This document shows positions 59,648-64,000 of a stretch of DNA of 64,000 bases, in pieces. Made by a program: the position numbers and the translations under genes. How positions within the stretch are numbered: the stretch's first letter is position 1; every line of letters starts with the position of its first letter. The notes under the pieces were generated by a model. The model was not told the DNA's origin and searched no databases. It saw only the letters and a program-made list of their open reading frames with translations. The stretch is from an uncultured delta proteobacterium (GTDB taxonomy: Bacteria; Desulfobacterota; RBG-13-43-22): positions 160,001 to 224,000 of the forward strand of contig CAWDKY010000017.1 of NCBI GenBank assembly GCA_963802945.1, read 5' to 3'.

Positions 59648-61360
59648 TTGAAAATAGAAGAGAGGCCTTTTATTAATCGTCATTCCGAGCTTGCCCATCT
59701 TAAACAACAGGCTGAGGAAATCGCCCAGGGTGGGGGAGAGGATTTGTTTTTATTTTCCCCTTGGGGAAGAGGGAAATCAGCCCTGTTAAAGGAGCTGAAG
59801 GAAATTCTCTTTTGGAGTCAGCAGGGAGTCATTCCTGTTTATTTCTCTTTTTCCCGGGACTATGTTGATCTGTTGGATTTTTCCGAAGAATATCTGGTTT
59901 CCGTACTCAGTCAAGTACTTTTATTCGGTCAAAAAGAGGGAATCTTAGCCCGGAAACAGGTGCCGTTTTCATTCTCCGATCTTCAAAGCGAAGCAGAGAG
60001 ACAGGGGGAAGGCATTATTGAAGAAGTTATTTTAAGTCACAAGAGGGCTGTCAAACTCAAAGATGATCGAAAAGGATTGTTAAATGCTTTGACCGCCCCT
60101 AGACGTATCGCCCAGGCCGGCAACAAGCCCATCTGGATGATGATTGATCATGTTCAAGCCGTTGAGACCCTCACGATAACCGGAAAGGGTATCGCCGGTT
60201 TGTGGAGGGAAGCGATTGCTTCTTCCTGGGCCCCACATCTTTTTTCAGGAGAGCCCCCTGCCTATTTGCTGAAAAACCTTCTTCCCTCTTTGGGACCTCC
60301 GAATATCCCGGTCATGGAATTAGGCCCTTTTCCGGTTGAGGCAGAAGAGGAACTGACCCGTCTTCTGGAAAAAATCTATAAAGTTAAGATAGCCCGAGAC
60401 TTGAGCAAAACCTGGTTTCTCTATTTGGAGTCCAATCCGGGATTTTTGACATCCTTGTTACGGGATGCTCGTTTGGAAAATAGCGGGTTGGAAAGCCATC
60501 AAAGATTTGTTAACTTATACCTGAAATCCTTCTGGCAAGGGGAATTGGGACGGTTATTTGAGGACCGACTTTATGGTTTTAATAAAATAAACCTCCTAAA
60601 TGGGCGTTTCCTGATTAAGATTTTGAATCAACTTTTGAAATTAGAGGGGCCCATGCTTCCTTCGACCGATTTGCAAAAAACCTTAAACTTGCCTTCCGGG
60701 ATGGTTCAGCCCTCGATTCGATTATTGGAACGGTCCGGCCTTGTTTGGGAACGGTTTGGAAATATCGGGTTGGAGAACAATAGGGTCATCCGGGATTGGG
60801 CGGAAGTGCTGGTGCATAAATACCTCTATCAGGAGAATCTGGACCAGATCATTAACCTGTTGGGAAAAAGGATAGAAAAAACTCTTTCCAAGTTTCAAGA
60901 AGAAGAATCGCCTTCCCCTGCGGACGGAAATGCTTTGCATTTTAATTTGGTCTTGCCGATAAACTCGGAATCCGAACTGGTGGCCGTTCGTGCCTTGGAG
61001 CAGATAGCGACTTATTCCGATTTGGATGAGGCGAGTATCGAGAAAGTCAAGATGGCCCTTATCGAAGCCTGTATCAATGCCGGGGAACACAGCCAAAGCT
61101 TTGAAAAAAAGATCCGGGTTTATTTTACGGTTCGCCCGGAAACTATTGAAGTGGTGGTTGAAGATCGAGGCCAGGCCTTTGATCCGGTTGAAGTTCAGGC
61201 CAGGCTCGTTCGAGAAGCGGATCCTCTTTCCCGGAAAAGAGGCCGGGGCTTGGCTTTAATCAAAGAGCTGATGGATGAAGTCCGATTTGAAAAAGCCGAT
61301 ATCGGAACCAGGCTTTATATGGTTAAAAAAAATCCGACAAGAGAGTGTGAGAAAAGATGA
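59648..61360 (+). CDS. P-loop ATPase fused to an RsbW-like anti-sigma Ser/Thr kinase domain
   Basis: FINRHSEL...SPWGRGKS, MMID; C-terminal EACINAGEH, EDRGQAFD, GRGLALIKELMDEV. Confidence 0.8.
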   Translation: MKIEERPFINRHSELAHLKQQAEEIAQGGGEDLFLFSPWGRGKSALLKELKEILFWSQQGVIPVYFSFSRDYVDLLDFSEEYLVSVLSQVLLFGQKEGILARKQVPFSFSDLQSEAERQGEGIIEEVILSHKRAVKLKDDRKGLLNALTAPRRIAQAGNKPIWMMIDHVQAVETLTITGKGIAGLWREAIASSWAPHLFSGEPPAYLLKNLLPSLGPPNIPVMELGPFPVEAEEELTRLLEKIYKVKIARDLSKTWFLYLESNPGFLTSLLRDARLENSGLESHQRFVNLYLKSFWQGELGRLFEDRLYGFNKINLLNGRFLIKILNQLLKLEGPMLPSTDLQKTLNLPSGMVQPSIRLLERSGLVWERFGNIGLENNRVIRDWAEVLVHKYLYQENLDQIINLLGKRIEKTLSKFQEEESPSPADGNALHFNLVLPINSESELVAVRALEQIATYSDLDEASIEKVKMALIEACINAGEHSQSFEKKIRVYFTVRPETIEVVVEDRGQAFDPVEVQARLVREADPLSRKRGRGLALIKELMDEVRFEKADIGTRLYMVKKNPTRECEKR

Positions 61361-61707
61361 AAAATTTCAAGGTAACTCAAGAACGCCGGGGGGATGTGGT
61401 CATTTTTAAACTGCAAGGCTATCTGAACGATTTAGGTGGAGAGGAAGTTGAAAAGCAGTTTAAATTATCGGTCAAAGAGGGCCTCAAAAAATTTATAATC
61501 GATTTTGGAAAAATCGCTTATATTAATAGTATTGGAGTCTCTTTTTTGGTGGGGATTATGGATGCTACCCGGGAAAAGGCCCTTAAGGTCTGTTTCACCT
61601 CGTTATCCAAGATCAACGAGGAACTTTTCGAGATGGTGGGTATTAAAAAATATGCGGCTTCCTTTGCCTCCAATACAGAGGCCTTAGCCTATTTAAAGAA
61701 GACCTAA
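61357..61707 (+). CDS. STAS-domain anti-anti-sigma factor
   Basis: LQGYLN, IIDF, YINSIG (phosphoacceptor Ser). Confidence 0.9.
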   Translation: MKNFKVTQERRGDVVIFKLQGYLNDLGGEEVEKQFKLSVKEGLKKFIIDFGKIAYINSIGVSFLVGIMDATREKALKVCFTSLSKINEELFEMVGIKKYAASFASNTEALAYLKKT

Positions 61708-62932
61708 ATGGATTACCAAAAACTCTTTTATATTTTTTCAACCCTCTCTGAATTAGGGGAAGAAGTTACCTCGATCCGGAATTTTCAGCTTACTATCCAG
61801 ACTTCCCTGCATATGATTTTAGGAACCCTTTCCGTGGCCCGGGGGGGAATTTTTGCCCTCCAGGAAACCAAGGATCGACTTAGTCTATTGGCCGCCAAAG
61901 GTCTGAAGAAAGACGACCCTTCCTATTTGCTCCTTCCCCCTGAAACCAAGGCCTATCTAACCGGGAATCCGGGTATTTTTCTCTTTTCGAAAACGGGAAA
62001 AGGAGATTCATAACTTTTACGAAGCCAACCTGCCACTCTTTTCCCGTTTAAAGGTGAACCTGGGTGTTCCTTTACAGGTCAAGGGAGAATGGATAGGCCT
62101 GATTTGTCTAGGGCCCAAATTGGATGAGGCCCCTTATTCATCCATGGATAAAAACGTCCTTACCTTGCTCGGACACCACATTGCCAACGCCCTTTACAGC
62201 CAGCGTTTGATCGAAGCCTTGAATGTCAAGGTAAAAGAAAATCAAAAAATGGTGGAGAACCTACGTTTTATTTGGGATGATACCATCAGGGCCTTTGCCG
62301 CGGCGATCGATGCCAAGGATTCTTATACCCGGGGTCATTCCAACCGGGTGGCCCAGTATGCGGTGGCTATCGGGAAAGAAATGGGTTTGAAGGGTAAAGT
62401 CCTGGAAGGGTTTTATGTGGCCGGACTGCTTCATGATGTCGGCAAGATTATTGTTGACCGGGATATCATCAATAAGAAAAAACACCTTACGACTAAAGAA
62501 TTCGCAGCCATAATGGAACATACCAGGGCGGGGTATCAGATATTATCGACGATCCGCTTCCCCTGGTCCGACGTGCCCCTCATGGCCAAATCGCACCATG
62601 AAAAATTAGACGGCCAAGGGTATCCCGATGGTTTGAAAGGGGATCAAATTTCCCTAGGGGCCAAGATTATCAGCTTGGCCGATGCCTTTGATGCCATGAC
62701 CAGCCAGCGTCCTTATCGTCATCGCCTCAGTTTCGAGGGGACGTTAAAAGAAATAAGAAAAAACGTTAATATCCAATTTGAGAAACGTATTGTCTCGGCT
62801 TTTTTTAATGTCCTCAAAAAAGAAATTGAGGGGAAACTGTATAAACAGAAGATCATCCCTAATTTGGATGAGCATTTTAATCCTCAGGTGATTCATTCCC
62901 TTTTAGAAATGACCATTTTAGAACTCTCCTAA
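61708..62932 (+). CDS. GAF + HD-GYP protein, frameshifted near 62000-62050
   Basis: GAF-like N-terminus (VPLQVKGEWIGLICLG); DAKDSYTRGHS, LHDVGK, HHEKLDGQGYP, DAFDAM, RPYR. Confidence 0.85.
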
Positions 62933-62935
62933 AAA

Positions 62936-63628
62936 TTACTTATTTTCAAAAAGAGGCAGATATTGATAAGTTAGGGTAAGTTCGATTTCCCCTCCCCGGC
63001 CTTTTAGGGAAAGCAATATCTTCATGTCATCTACGTTTTCCCAATAATCAAAAAAATAGGCGTTTCCCGTCTCTAAAGCGATTAATTGATAGTGGAAATT
63101 AGGATGAACATAGCTGGTGGTATTGGTCGATTGGCCGTAGGTTTGGTTCAGGTTTTTACGAAGTTCGTTATAAAAATCAAAGAGGGGCTCTCCAGCCGTT
63201 GTTTTGGAATCGATGGGGACATCAAAAATAATATTGAGCTTGCTCAAACGATCCTTAGTGTAAAATAGATTAGCTTTTTTAATAAAGGATATTTCCCCTA
63301 TAAGTCGTGGGAAGGTATCCATTGGAGCCGTCTGTTGTTGAGGCTGAATATTTTTTTCTGAAAAAATCCTGGATATTTCGGATCGGTAAGCCCCTAGCGG
63401 AATTCCGGCAACCACAGGTGTTTTTTTGTTTTGTCCGGTTATGTCGGCGGATTTTATATAACTTGTTGGAACCTCGGTTTCCGATGTCTGAGGTATTTTT
63501 TTATTTTTTGTCTCTTGCCCCATAACCGGAAAGGTGGTTGAGACCAAAATAACCCCCATAACAAAAACAATAAAGCCAGGCCATTTAACTTTAACCCTTT
63601 TACTGTTCATTTTTCCCTCCTTTAACAA
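62936..63628 (-). CDS. Exported hypothetical protein
   Basis: 230-aa ORF with a hydrophobic signal-like N-terminus. Confidence 0.7.
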   Translation of the reverse strand: MLKEGKMNSKRVKVKWPGFIVFVMGVILVSTTFPVMGQETKNKKIPQTSETEVPTSYIKSADITGQNKKTPVVAGIPLGAYRSEISRIFSEKNIQPQQQTAPMDTFPRLIGEISFIKKANLFYTKDRLSKLNIIFDVPIDSKTTAGEPLFDFYNELRKNLNQTYGQSTNTTSYVHPNFHYQLIALETGNAYFFDYWENVDDMKILLSLKGRGGEIELTLTYQYLPLFENK

Positions 63629-63722
63629 CCTTAAATAATGGAATAACTTTCCTACACGCCGGTATTTTTATGGAATATAGATAATATTTTTATAAGTTGC
63701 CAGTAAAAAACAAAACAAAGTA

Positions 63723-64000
63723 ATTTAATTTCATTTAATATAACATTATAAAAATAAATATCAAGAAAAAAAAATAAATGACATTAATTTTTTTCTTGAC
63801 ATCAGATAATTTCTTTGATATATTTACAAATAATATTAAAAAAATATGAAATATCAATGTATTGAACAAGTTATCTTTTAAACAGTTGCAAATGTTATTT
63901 AATTTCATTTAGTATAACATAATAAAAATAAATATCAAGAAAAAAAAATAAATGACATTAATTTTTTTCTTGACATCGGATAATTTCTTTGATATATTTA
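63723..64000. repeat. AT-rich direct repeat with 174-bp period, each copy holding a palindrome and a sigma70 promoter
   Basis: 63723-63826 recurs at 63897-64000 with 3 mismatches; TCAAGAAAAAAA...TTTTTTTCTTGA; TTGACA-N17-TATATT. Confidence 0.85.

Noticed and set aside
209-63525. Many antisense/overlapping ORFs in the track (e.g. 209-829, 3495-4112, 13536-14348, 42272-42892, 44781-45209, 45249-45923)
   Set aside because: They are shadow frames of well-supported genes and carry no recognisable motifs.

Overview
A 64-kb chromosomal window from an anaerobic bacterium. The gene content (hcp, porCDAB, a DsrC-like relic, AbfD-like dehydratase, ADP-forming acyl-CoA ligase) suggests Desulfobacterota/Deltaproteobacteria (inference). 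About a dozen genes are split by small indels, which most likely reflects uncorrected assembly errors. Ordinary content: a LIV-type ABC transporter with an embedded acyl-CoA ligase, two SDRs, the hcp cluster, a four-subunit 2-oxoacid:ferredoxin oxidoreductase, lepA, hemW and an EPS/partner-switching operon. Stand-out loci: (1) an intact tRNA-Asn(GTT) flanked by two tRNA-derived copies in which segments are replaced by 17-nt TCCCGC-N5-GCGGGA hairpins, bracketing a small GIY-YIG nuclease gene; the same hairpin has invaded one copy of a MITE elsewhere in the window. (2) An integrase-less array of six attC sites (37.3-41.35 kb), including a TIR-domain cassette, a synonymously diverged second copy of the flanking gene end, and an internally deleted Y1 transposase MITE. 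(3) A PhcB/PhcS/PhcR-like signalling locus tied to c-di-GMP domains (PilZ-methyltransferase, HK-REC-HK, REC-HD-GYP) behind tandem NrdR-like boxes. (4) A lipid-tailoring cluster with no ketosynthase, two B12 radical SAM enzymes, a DAK2-DegV fusion and PlsY. All calls come from reading motifs by eye; no searches were run.
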